The notes beneath the pieces are model-generated. The model was given only the letters and a program-made list of their open reading frames with translations, was not told the origin of the DNA and did not search any database. 64,000 nucleotides of DNA from a virus: IMG/VR virus record IMGVR_UViG_3300022744_000001, positions 383,762 to 447,761 of that record; one strand, 5' to 3'. Shown here piece by piece: positions 37,749-46,322 of this stretch; within the stretch, counting starts at the first letter, position 1, and each line of letters opens with the position of its first letter. A program made the translations under genes and the position numbers.

Positions 37749-39344
37749 CTAGCCCTTCTTCTCGACCTTGTGGATGCCAGCTTCGGTCGTGAGCAACGTG
37801 CTCGCTACCGAGATGGCGTTGGTCACTGCCGACCGCACAACCTTGGCCGGGTCCACCACCCCCATACCCTTGAGATTCACCAACTCCATCGTGTTGGCAT
37901 CGATCCCGAAGAGGGGGTCTGTGACCTCGAGCACTCGGTCAAGGTAGCCGTCCGGGTTCCGGATGCCTCCGTTCCGAAGGATGGCCCTGAACGGCTCGAA
38001 ACAGGCGTTGCAGGCCAGCTTGAAACCAGGCAGCTCCTCCGCCGGGATATCCTCGTCGATGGAGTCCAAAGCCGCCTTGGCGGCCCGGGCAAGGGTGGTC
38101 CCGCCGCCAGCTACGAGTCCTTCCTCAATGGCCGCCCTGGTGGCGTGCAAAGCGTCCTCGAGCCGACCCTTCAACTCACGAAGGGCCAGCTCGGAGGATG
38201 CCCCAACCTTGATGGAGCACACGCCCCCGTTGAGCTTGCCGATGCGCTCCTGGAGCTTCTCTTGGTCGAACTCGCTCCCAGACGAGTGAATCTGGGCTCG
38301 AAGCTCGTTGATGCGGGTATCCACCGCCTCTTGGGTTCCCGCCCCATCCACGATGGTGGTGTGCTTGTCCGTGATGGTCACGGTACGAGCCGAACCCAGC
38401 ATGTCGAAGGTGACGTCCCGGAAGGACATCCCCTGCTCCTTAGTGACCAAGGTGGCGCCGGTGAGCACGGCCAGGTCGCGAAGGATTTCCTGCTGCTGAT
38501 GGCCGAACGAAGGGGCCTTGATCGGCTGAGAGATGAACGTCTTTCGCTGGTTGTTCTGATGGAACAAAGCGATGGCGTTTGGGTCGAAGTCCGGGGCGAC
38601 CCAGAGAACCGGCCGCTTCACCTCGACCACCTGCTCGAGCACGCCGAGCAAAGGACGAAGGTCGGACAAGGTCATGTCCGTGATGAACACCAGAGCGTCC
38701 TCCAGCTCCACCTTGCGGCCCGCCTCGTCGAGAATGAAGTTGGCGTTGAAGAACCCTCGATCAAACCGCATTCCATCGGTCGCCTCGACGACGATGCTTG
38801 TGCTCTTGCCTTCCTCGATATTGACCACGCCATCCTTGCCGACTTTGGCGATGGCCTCAGCCACAATCTTCCCGACCTCGGCATCGTGGTTCGCGGACAA
38901 GGTCGCAATGTCCTCGACCTCTTGCTGGGTGCGCACCGGAATCGACAGCTCCCCAATCGCCTCCTCGAGATACATGAGGGCACGGTCCATGCCCCGCTTG
39001 ATCTCGATAGGGGCGTGCCCTGCCACGACCAACCGATTGCCCTCGACGACCATCGCTCGAGCGAGCACCGTCGAAGTTGTGGTGCCGTCTCCCGCATCAT
39101 CACTGGTCTTGGAGGCTGCCTCGCGCACCAACCGAGCCCCGATGTTCTCCCAGGGGTCAGGCAGCTCGACCTCCTTGGCCACGCTGACCCCGTCCTTGGT
39201 GATCAAAGGCGCCCCGAAGCTCTTCTCCAAACATACGTTGCGGCCCTTGGGCCCAAGGGTCCCCACCACTGCATCGGCAAGCTTGTTGACGCCCGCCAAC
39301 ATCTTGCTGCGAATTTCCTCGCCACGGAGCACACTCATCTTCAT
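37749..39344 (-). CDS. groEL: Chaperonin GroEL (phage-encoded)
   Basis: TLGPKGRNV, ITKDGVSVAKE, AGDGTTT, GMRFDRG, KAPSFG, GGG; lacks the GGM tail. Confidence 0.95.
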   Translation of the reverse strand: MKMSVLRGEEIRSKMLAGVNKLADAVVGTLGPKGRNVCLEKSFGAPLITKDGVSVAKEVELPDPWENIGARLVREAASKTSDDAGDGTTTSTVLARAMVVEGNRLVVAGHAPIEIKRGMDRALMYLEEAIGELSIPVRTQQEVEDIATLSANHDAEVGKIVAEAIAKVGKDGVVNIEEGKSTSIVVEATDGMRFDRGFFNANFILDEAGRKVELEDALVFITDMTLSDLRPLLGVLEQVVEVKRPVLWVAPDFDPNAIALFHQNNQRKTFISQPIKAPSFGHQQQEILRDLAVLTGATLVTKEQGMSFRDVTFDMLGSARTVTITDKHTTIVDGAGTQEAVDTRINELRAQIHSSGSEFDQEKLQERIGKLNGGVCSIKVGASSELALRELKGRLEDALHATRAAIEEGLVAGGGTTLARAAKAALDSIDEDIPAEELPGFKLACNACFEPFRAILRNGGIRNPDGYLDRVLEVTDPLFGIDANTMELVNLKGMGVVDPAKVVRSAVTNAISVASTLLTTEAGIHKVEKKG

Positions 39345-39724
39345 CTGCCTCCCTTTGGACGCTGGGAGTACACCGCCGCGACCTTCGGGTCCAGATCCTC
39401 GGGTTCCGGATCAGGAGATGATACCCGGTAGGCTGCCTCGTGAAGGCGGGCAGGGTTGATTTCCGTAGTTCGAGGGACCCAGGGGCTCGCAGTCTTGCGT
39501 CGAGCCCCTTGCAGAGTGAGCCAACCGAGGGCGCTCAGAAGGGCGAGGTTGGGGGCCGCGTTGTCCCCCTTCCAATGCTCTGTTTCGCCAGAGAAAATCC
39601 GAACGACCCACATCTTTGACGGGGCCTGGATGATCGTGAAAGCCCACCCCTTGGGGAGGCGGGCTGCCAGCTCTTCTTGGATGCGGTCTTCCGACCAGGT
39701 ACCGATGTCGAGGGGCAGAGTCAT
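39341..39724 (-). CDS. Hypothetical protein
   Basis: 127 aa, coupled to groEL. Confidence 0.6.
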   Translation of the reverse strand: MTLPLDIGTWSEDRIQEELAARLPKGWAFTIIQAPSKMWVVRIFSGETEHWKGDNAAPNLALLSALGWLTLQGARRKTASPWVPRTTEINPARLHEAAYRVSSPDPEPEDLDPKVAAVYSQRPKGGR

Positions 39725-39743
39725 ACCCCTCTGACACCTGGGG

Positions 39744-41150
39744 TCAGTCGGTGCCCTTGATGTTCGCAACCGGGTACATGCGGTGGGCGACTCGAGCGAT
39801 CCTCTCCTCCTCGAGCACGTTCAGGACCACATCGAGGTCCTTGTACACGTGCTTGCATTCGTCGAGCGGGGTCTTGGGGGTGTTCCCCACGATGCCCACC
39901 ACCTCGACGCCCGCAAAGGTTCGCCTCACGTCCCGCATCTCGGAGTCGATGTCGTCCTGACGAGCCTCGAGCTGCCTCTTGGCCATCCCACGGCCGAGAA
40001 CTCGACCCGAGCCATGGTTCACCGAACACCCAGACGCATAGGCGTTCTCCAACGGGTACAGGATCGCCGCCCCGTCGTACATTGAGCCCGGAATACAGCA
40101 CGGGTGGCCCGTCGTCTCCCACTTGGTCCCCACCAGGTCGGGATGGCCCGCGGGGAACGCTCGAGTCGCCCCCTTCCTGTGGACGAACCCCTTCTTGTGC
40201 GTCCCGTCGGGGAGCACCAGAGTTTCCTCTTGGACGAGGTTGTGGCTGATCTCGTAGAAGACCTCGCCCTCGACCTTGAAAACCTCTTCTAGGGCCGCCT
40301 GGACGCCGCGAACAATGATGTGCCGGTTGGCCACTGCGAAGTTCGCCGCCGAGTTGTGGTACTTCCAGTAGTCCTTGCCCACCTGCTCATCCAAACGGAG
40401 CCAGGAGTCCTCACGGCGGTTCTCCGGGATACCTCGGACCTCCGCCCCCTTGTAGAAGAAATGGTTCGCGACCTGCCATCCGTAACCTCGAGACCCGCAG
40501 TGGATCATGACCCACACGGACCCGTCGGAGGCGTCCACCTGCATCTCGATGAAGTGGTTGCCGCCCCCGACCGAGCCGAGCTGAGGGATGACCTTCTCGT
40601 ACGCCCGCTTGACGTGACCAAGGTCCGTGTCGTCGGGGATTTGGATGAACTGACGTTCGCAAAGCTCCGCCCGCACCCCCAGGGCCCGAGCCCCGTAACG
40701 AAGGATCTCGTCGGCCTTGTTCACGCTGAAGTGTGGCATGTGCTTCGGCCGATCAGAACCGACACCCGTTGCGACCCGCTTCTCGACCTCGGTCACCCAC
40801 TTCGCACGAAGCTCCCGGTCCCGAACGCCCTCAGCCGTGAGGCCAGGGACCTTCATGTACAGGACACCACAGGAAATATCGTAGCCAGAGCCCGCCTGAA
40901 TCACCGTGCCGTCGGTAACAATGACCGACCCCACCGGGACTCCGTAGCCCATGTGGCAGTCGGGCATCAAATAGGCTCCGGTCACGCCCTCATAGGAAGC
41001 CCCGTTCACGATCTGAGACCACATGGACTCCTCGCTTGCCTCGTAAAGGGCATCGGAGAGGAACGCATGGGCCTCGACCTTCATCCCTGCAACACGTGGG
41101 AGAACGTAGTGGTTTGGGCCGACCTTCTGGGCGATATACTTGAAAGACAT
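39744..41150 (-). CDS. rtcB: RtcB RNA ligase
   Basis: MPDCH.GYG.PVG, DISCG, GGGNHF, HCGSRG, HN, HRKGAT, PGSM, HGSGR, DE...YK. Confidence 0.95.
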   Translation of the reverse strand: MSFKYIAQKVGPNHYVLPRVAGMKVEAHAFLSDALYEASEESMWSQIVNGASYEGVTGAYLMPDCHMGYGVPVGSVIVTDGTVIQAGSGYDISCGVLYMKVPGLTAEGVRDRELRAKWVTEVEKRVATGVGSDRPKHMPHFSVNKADEILRYGARALGVRAELCERQFIQIPDDTDLGHVKRAYEKVIPQLGSVGGGNHFIEMQVDASDGSVWVMIHCGSRGYGWQVANHFFYKGAEVRGIPENRREDSWLRLDEQVGKDYWKYHNSAANFAVANRHIIVRGVQAALEEVFKVEGEVFYEISHNLVQEETLVLPDGTHKKGFVHRKGATRAFPAGHPDLVGTKWETTGHPCCIPGSMYDGAAILYPLENAYASGCSVNHGSGRVLGRGMAKRQLEARQDDIDSEMRDVRRTFAGVEVVGIVGNTPKTPLDECKHVYKDLDVVLNVLEEERIARVAHRMYPVANIKGTD

Positions 41151-41196
41151 GCCGGGAGTGTACACCTGACAGGGATGAGGCAAGAGAAAAACTTAG

Positions 41197-41270
41197 CTGG
41201 TCAAGCAGGATTTGAACCTGCAACCTGCGGATTTGGAATCCGCTGCTCTACCAAGTTGAGCTACTGACCA
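41197..41270 (-). tRNA. tRNA-Trp(CCA), CCA end not encoded
   Basis: Cloverleaf; GCGGA-TTCCAAA-TCCGC. Confidence 0.9.
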
Positions 41271-41274
41271 AAAA

Positions 41275-41649
41275 TCAAAGGGGCGGGCGATACTCCCGCG
41301 ATCCCCCAGGCATCTTTGCGGGATCCCAACCGTGCTTCTTGCACAGGGCCTGCTGCTCTTCGGTGCCCTTCGAGCATGGCCAATGGGCCCAGTGGTGGCC
41401 GTCAAACTCGCTGTAGTCCCACCCCCACTCAACACAGCGGGCCCTTCGAACCCACTCCCAACATGCAGCAGGGCTTGATGCCTGGCCACACTGAAGCTTC
41501 TCGTCGAAGGTAGCGGAGGTTTTAACACAGACTTTTGATGTCTGACGATGCCTGTTACTTTGCGCTTCTTCAGTCACCACATAAAACGCAGCGAAAGCGG
41601 CGACAATCACAGCAAGAACATAGAAACTCGGCTTGGGCGTTACCCTCAT
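41275..41649 (-). CDS. Small membrane-anchored/exported Cys-containing protein
   Basis: N-terminal hydrophobic helix; six Cys. Confidence 0.55.
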   Translation of the reverse strand: MRVTPKPSFYVLAVIVAAFAAFYVVTEEAQSNRHRQTSKVCVKTSATFDEKLQCGQASSPAACWEWVRRARCVEWGWDYSEFDGHHWAHWPCSKGTEEQQALCKKHGWDPAKMPGGSREYRPPL

Positions 41650-41671
41650 CGAGGGGGATGATAGCAGAAAT

Positions 41672-41762
41672 TGGCGGAGGGAGGGGGAGTCGAACCCCCA
41701 AGGCCCTTTCGGGCTCACGCTGCTTTCAAGGCAGGCCCCGTCGCCAATCGGGTGGCCCCTCC
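41672..41762 (-). tRNA. tRNA-Ser(TGA)
   Basis: Long V-arm, G73, CCA, 7/5 fold, C8. Confidence 0.9.
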
Positions 41763-41769
41763 AAAATTG

Positions 41770-41854
41770 CGGAAGATGTAGGATTCGAACCCCGCCTCTT
41801 GCGAGACCTCAGCCGCCTTCCAAGCGGTGCTCACCCCTGGTGAGTTCATCTTCC
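41770..41854 (-). tRNA. tRNA-Ser(GGA), non-canonical 8-bp acceptor stem
   Basis: GGAAGATG/CATCTTCC; anticodon loop TTGGAAG; ends CAA rather than CCA. Confidence 0.8.
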
Positions 41855-41917
41855 AAAAGCCGTGTCCCCGGCCCCCGTGCCAGCAACAGCACGGCTACAG
41901 GGGCCGGGGTTCCGCCA

Positions 41918-43600
41918 TCACCACCGCTGACTACGGCTCTTCTTCACTCGGCCCGGAGCCTTGTCCGAGTTGGAAGATGCCGGAGCGGGGCCTGTGGAAA
42001 TCCTGCGCACCACCGGCGAGGGCACCGAAGCCGGGGGCTGAATGACGGGGGCCACGGGCGGCGGACCACCCCAACCCCCGGCAGAAGTGCCAGACCCGGT
42101 CCAAATGATGGACCCAGACGAGGCGCCTGTTGTGCCGAGGCTGACTGCCCCTCCAACCGTAACGGTCGAGGTGGGTGCCGGAGTCCCCGAAGAGGCCCCG
42201 ATTGAAACCGAACCCTGGTCCACCGAAACGTTCGATTCCGGAGACGGGTTGGCCCCAGAGGAGAACTCCGTGGCGTAGCTAACCTGCGAAGCGTTCGACA
42301 CGACGTACCCAGCATCTTGCAACATGACCTGGTCTTCAGCGGTAAGCGACGAAGTGCCCATACCTCGAGTGCTCGCCCGCTTGAGGCTCATGCGGCGACC
42401 AGAGCTGGACCCGTAGCTCAAAGAGCTAGTGTACATACCGCCGACCGCGGCTCCCACCTGAGCCAGATGGTCGTGACCACGAGCCGCTGCACTGACCTGG
42501 TACCCATGAAGAGCAGCACTTGCCCCCTGGAAGTCATTGCGCTTGGCAGCCTCTTCCGCGGCAATCTGGGCCTTCACAAGCTGGGCTCGAGCCACGATCT
42601 CATCGACCGCTTTGGTCGGCTGAGCTTGCTCTTCCCCGTCCTTGACGAACTGAATCTTGGCCTTCGACTCCACCGTGTGGTCCACCATCTTGCCGTTCTC
42701 GTCGAGGGCGCGATAGGCGATCTTCACATCGAAAGCGTTGACAGCTCGAGGGCCAGCGCTCTTCTGCTTCGACAACTTGGTCGAGACGACCACGCTGATG
42801 GTCTCTTCGGAGAGGATTTGCGGGAGCTTGATTCGCACAAGCCCGTCAACCTCCTCGTCCACTTCCGCGTCGGTCAAGACCTCCGAGATCACGTGCCCGC
42901 CATGAGGGGTCACCCCAATCACGATGTCTTGCCCGTACGAGCTGAGCAGACCGCCAAGCTCCTTGCCGAAAGCTGCGAGGGCCGAATCAGGGTCCTTCAC
43001 GTAGGCGAAGTTGCCCTTCCCCTTGGCAGCCATCGAATCCAGCAGCTCCTGCGCCGCATCGTCCCCGTACCCGAACATCGAAACCGTAGCTCGACCCATC
43101 TGCTTCTCGAGCAGGGTGCAAAGCTCAGGCAACGTGGTCACGCCGCGGTTGGGGTGCCCATCGGTGAAGAGGACGACTCGAGTCAACGTGGACTCTGGGA
43201 GGTCCGCGTTGTTGGCCATCTCCAGGGCGAGGCCAAGCCCGCCGGAGAGGTTGGTGCAACCTCGGACCACGTAGTCCCCGATCCGCTTCTTGAGCTGCTC
43301 CTTGCGCTCAGGCGTCATGCGCTGAGGCGGGGCATCCGGGGTTGCATCGTTCGCAAAACTCACGAGCCCCATGTAGTCGTCGCTGGTGAGATGCTCGACC
43401 AGCTTCAACAAGCTCTGCTTGGCATAATGCAGCTTGGTACCATCCATCGAACTCGAGCAGTCGAGTACCGGGATGATGCACAGAGGGGGACGCTTGTTCT
43501 GGAACTCCGCCTTGGGCGCGACCAGGTCGAGCACCAGGTGGATTTCATTGTCACGATCGAAACGAATCTTGTCGAAAGTAAAACGCGAATTGACCTTCAT
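41918..43600 (-). CDS. vWA-domain protein with a Ser/Gly/Pro-rich tail
   Basis: MIDAS LDCSSSM, T, FTDG; start set by AGGAG spacing. Confidence 0.85.
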   Translation of the reverse strand: MKVNSRFTFDKIRFDRDNEIHLVLDLVAPKAEFQNKRPPLCIIPVLDCSSSMDGTKLHYAKQSLLKLVEHLTSDDYMGLVSFANDATPDAPPQRMTPERKEQLKKRIGDYVVRGCTNLSGGLGLALEMANNADLPESTLTRVVLFTDGHPNRGVTTLPELCTLLEKQMGRATVSMFGYGDDAAQELLDSMAAKGKGNFAYVKDPDSALAAFGKELGGLLSSYGQDIVIGVTPHGGHVISEVLTDAEVDEEVDGLVRIKLPQILSEETISVVVSTKLSKQKSAGPRAVNAFDVKIAYRALDENGKMVDHTVESKAKIQFVKDGEEQAQPTKAVDEIVARAQLVKAQIAAEEAAKRNDFQGASAALHGYQVSAAARGHDHLAQVGAAVGGMYTSSLSYGSSSGRRMSLKRASTRGMGTSSLTAEDQVMLQDAGYVVSNASQVSYATEFSSGANPSPESNVSVDQGSVSIGASSGTPAPTSTVTVGGAVSLGTTGASSGSIIWTGSGTSAGGWGGPPPVAPVIQPPASVPSPVVRRISTGPAPASSNSDKAPGRVKKSRSQRW

Positions 43601-43796
43601 GGCCATTCTCCTACGCCGAACGTTGCTACGTCGGGGCGCGGAGGTCGGACTAGACCCTCCCAAAACCCAACAACTCCTGTCCGCCAACTTCACCCAAACC
43701 CGCAGGTGCGGCTCCGTTGGTAGCTGAGACCCAAACCCATGGGTGCGGTCTCGGGAGGATCTACACCGAATCGGTACCGGGATACCCGGCCGCCCG

Positions 43797-44378
43797 TCAC
43801 AGACGAGCGGCCGAGCCCATCATGTAGTAGCCAGACCCGTTCTGCTGGATTTTGTCCAAGTTGATGTACGGGAGCCACACGTCCGGCACGTTCTTGTGCT
43901 CCATGAACACCGCATGAAGGGGGAGGGCCTTCGGCCGAGCCGGGTGCCGAAGCAACCTCATCCCAGCCTGGTCGGGGGTCCGCCCACCCTTCTTCTCGTT
44001 GCAGTCATAGCAAGCCGTGGTGATGTTCTCCCACGTAGTCTTGCCGCCCTGCTTTCGAGGCAGAACGTGATCGTAGGTCAGCTCGTCCATCTGGAACAAG
44101 CTACCGCAGTATTGACACGTGAACCTGTCCCTCGTGAAGACGTTGATCCGTGAGAACTTCACACCCTTCTTGACGGGGGCCACTGTTCGCGTGAGTTGCA
44201 TGACGGCGGGTACAAAGAGAGTGGTCGATGGGGACGAAACCGTCTCATCGTACTCCTCCAGTACACGCACTTTCTTCTCGCTGTAAAGCAGCGAGATTGC
44301 TTCGCGCCAATTCAGAATGGCGTGTGGCAAGCTCCACGAGTTAAGCAGCAGCGTTCGAAGTTCCACGACAAACCTCAC
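43797..44378 (-). CDS. HNH endonuclease
   Basis: RD.FTCQYCG, LTYDHVLPR..GG...WEN...AC..CN..K. Confidence 0.9.
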   Translation of the reverse strand: MRFVVELRTLLLNSWSLPHAILNWREAISLLYSEKKVRVLEEYDETVSSPSTTLFVPAVMQLTRTVAPVKKGVKFSRINVFTRDRFTCQYCGSLFQMDELTYDHVLPRKQGGKTTWENITTACYDCNEKKGGRTPDQAGMRLLRHPARPKALPLHAVFMEHKNVPDVWLPYINLDKIQQNGSGYYMMGSAARL

Positions 44379-44454
44379 CTTCGTATGAGAAACATGATCT
44401 CGGGTCTCCTAGTTAAACGGGTTCAAGAAAAGGAACCTTACGGCCCCAGGAAGT

Positions 44455-44531
44455 TGGTGCTCACCGCGGGATTTGAACCCGCACTTTCCGGTACTTGAAG
44501 CCGGTGCCTCTGCCAGTTGGGCTACGTGAGC
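44455..44531 (-). tRNA. tRNA-Leu(CAA), short variable loop
   Basis: Loop TTCAAGT; A73; Leu-type D-loop. Confidence 0.8.
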
Positions 44532-44558
44532 AAAATTCATTTATGTGTGCGGGTTACC

Positions 44559-44801
44559 ATGTACAACTACGACTTCACCAAAGAGGCTTCCGAACTGAAG
44601 GTGCTGGAGTCAGCTCCGGTCAAACTCCAGTACCAACACGCCTCTGGCCCCGTCGTGATCAGTTACACTGACGGCCGGTGGGTCGCGGTCACTTCACGCC
44701 ACAAGATCCACCCGCTCACTCTCAGCGTCAGCCCGAGCTTCATTATGAAGCCTCAGATCCAGAAGATGCTGATCGCGCAGATTGAAGCGGCGGTGGGTTG
44801 A
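44559..44801 (+). CDS. Small protein with MYNYDF leader
   Basis: MYNYDFTKEAS...; late-promoter-like AATTCATTTAT at 44534. Confidence 0.65.
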   Translation: MYNYDFTKEASELKVLESAPVKLQYQHASGPVVISYTDGRWVAVTSRHKIHPLTLSVSPSFIMKPQIQKMLIAQIEAAVG

Positions 44802-45019
44802 AAAGGCTACGGGGCCGTCACCGAAGTAACAGCCCCGTAGGGGAAGAGCGTACAGGAGCAAGTACGACTCATGTGCAGGCGCTACCGTCATCACATCCGG
44901 GCATTTAGAATGACCTTCAACCCGGTTGAGTTTCAAGGTGGTGCACTTTCGAGCACGGAATAGTCGTTGGCCACAGACCTTTCGGTCTATCCGTTTATGA
45001 CACTCTTCCCGAAGACTCG

Positions 45020-45535
45020 TCACCCAAAGAGCGACGAGTCCAAATCTTCGATTTCGACCTCTCGGCCATTGGCTGTCGCGATCGCAGCTCGGAGGGCGTT
45101 GGCCTTCTTCCCCGCGATACGCGCCAGATTCATCGCCTCGTCTGAGGTGACGGTTCTCGAGGCCCGGACTTGGTTCGGGTCACGGACGTCGTCATTGTCC
45201 AAATAGGAGTTGCGAGTCTTCTCCTGGATGGCGCTCTTCCACATCTTCTCGATGCGTCCCGCACCCCCAACCCGCTTGATGGCCTCGGCCAGAGTCATCC
45301 TCTCGCCAAGGACCTCGACGGTAACCATGAGGTTGTATCTCATCTGGGCAACCTGGAGCTTCACAACCGCCTTCTCGGCCGCCTCGAGCTGCTCAGCCAC
45401 CTTCTGAGGTTGCTTCGGAGCATCACCAGGGAACACGCGAAGAGCTGGGTTGAAAGCCCCGGACGCAGTGTCGAGCTTCAACTCGTTTTCCTTGATGGCT
45501 TCTCGCAGCGTGTACCCTGTGACCTTCATGTTCAT
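45020..45535 (-). CDS. Helical hypothetical protein (possibly DIP1984-like)
   Basis: Repeated TL.EAIK motif; GGTGTA element upstream. Confidence 0.7.
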   Translation of the reverse strand: MNMKVTGYTLREAIKENELKLDTASGAFNPALRVFPGDAPKQPQKVAEQLEAAEKAVVKLQVAQMRYNLMVTVEVLGERMTLAEAIKRVGGAGRIEKMWKSAIQEKTRNSYLDNDDVRDPNQVRASRTVTSDEAMNLARIAGKKANALRAAIATANGREVEIEDLDSSLFG

Positions 45536-45570
45536 TTCCTTGGTTACCGGTGCTTGTACACCGGAAAGAT

Positions 45571-45646
45571 TGGTGCGGAGCGCGAGGATCGAACTCGCCT
45601 GATCCTGCTTGTCGAGCAGGTGCCCTCTCCAGAGGACTAGCTCCGC
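45571..45646 (-). tRNA. tRNA-Val(GAC), C33, extended D-stem
   Basis: CCTGC-TCGACAA-GCAGG. Confidence 0.85.
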
Positions 45647-45653
45647 GTGAAAT

Positions 45654-45736
45654 TGGTGGGCCGGTGAGGTATTGAACCCCGCAGCACAGACTCATAAGGC
45701 CCGCTCCCCCACCTGGAAGAATTAAGCCACCGGCCC
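45654..45736 (-). tRNA. Atypical tRNA-Ile(TAT), 8/4 fold, enlarged D-arm
   Basis: GGGCCGGT/ACCGGCCC; CGGGC-CTTATGA-GTCTG; A73-CCA. Confidence 0.65.
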
Positions 45737-45741
45737 GAAAT

Positions 45742-45818
45742 TGGTACTCGCGGAGGGCGTCGAACCCCCAACCTTCCCGCCCTAAACGGGACGCCTCTGC
45801 CAGTTGGGCTACGCGAGC
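45742..45818 (-). tRNA. tRNA-Leu(TAG), short variable loop
   Basis: TCCCG-TTTAGGG-CGGGA. Confidence 0.88.
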
Positions 45819-45823
45819 AAAAT

Positions 45824-45900
45824 TGGTGCTCTCGGGTGGATTCGAACCGCCAACACACCGATTCTGAGTCGGCGTCCTCTGCCAGTTGGGATACGAGAGC
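45824..45900 (-). tRNA. tRNA-Leu(CAG), short variable loop
   Basis: GCCGA-CTCAGAA-TCGGT. Confidence 0.88.
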
Positions 45901-45905
45901 GAAAT

Positions 45906-45982
45906 TGGTACCCGCGGTTGGATTCGAACCAACACTGCCACCCACCTCAAGGGCGTGCCTCCTGCCGTTGGGCTACGCGGGC
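45906..45982 (-). tRNA. tRNA-Leu(GAG), short variable loop
   Basis: CGCCC-TTGAGGT-GGGTG. Confidence 0.88.
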
Positions 45983-45987
45983 GAAAA

Positions 45988-46063
45988 TGGTGTCCACCGA
46001 GGGATTCGAACCCCCAACTCGCCGGGTTTAAAGCGGCTGCCTCTGCCGTTGGGCTACGTGGAC
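45988..46063 (-). tRNA. tRNA-Leu(TAA), short variable loop
   Basis: Loop TTTAAAC, 31-39 mismatch. Confidence 0.82.
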
Positions 46064-46064
46064 G

Positions 46065-46137
46065 TACAGGGCCTGGGGCTCGAACCCAGCTACTCCGGCA
46101 TGTGAAGCCGGTGCCGACACCTGTCAGCCCGCCCTGC
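46065..46137 (-). tRNA. Atypical tRNA-Val(CAC), G8, 6-bp D-stem, no CCA
   Basis: CCGGC-TTCACAT-GCCGG; abuts tRNA-Leu(TAA). Confidence 0.75.
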
Positions 46138-46141
46138 AAAA

Positions 46142-46217
46142 TGGCGTCCCTGGTAGGAGTTGAACCTACGTAAACACGCTTCGGAAACGTGTGCCTGATC
46201 CGCTAGGCTACAAGGAC
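46142..46217 (-). tRNA. tRNA-Arg(CCG)
   Basis: CACGT-TTCCGAA-GCGTG. Confidence 0.9.
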
Positions 46218-46322
46218 ATACAGCTTTTTTGTGTTGACCTGGCCAACACAAAGCAAAAATCATTGAGAATCGGTATAGAACCGAGCCCCTTCGTGCGTTG
46301 AATCGGGTTAGAGGAGAGAAAA

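Noticed and set aside
41770-41854. tRNA-Sec resemblance of the GGAAGATG-starting tRNAs
   Set aside because: Their anticodons are GGA/CGA (Ser) and the T-stem is not 5 bp; no sel genes or in-frame UGA are seen
637-43723. Long + strand ORFs (e.g. 637-2385, 5873-7612, 9251-10684, 37596-39431, 42317-43723)
   Set aside because: They are antisense shadows of well-supported minus-strand genes, caused by strong GC3 codon bias, and show no recognisable motifs
44455-44531. Possible TCA (opal suppressor/Sec) anticodon in CTTCAAG
   Set aside because: The stem register CCGG/CCGG centres the loop on CAA, and the body matches the other Leu tRNAs
44694-45023. 109-aa minus-strand ORF coupled to the upstream gene
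   Set aside because: It may be real, but it overlaps the + strand MYNYDF gene by about 100 nt and has no supporting motif, so it is not listed as a feature
45551-45558. Extra TACAAGCA copy upstream of the 45020-45535 gene
   Set aside because: It overlaps the GGTGTA element and lacks the two-helix module, so it is not counted as a ninth RNA
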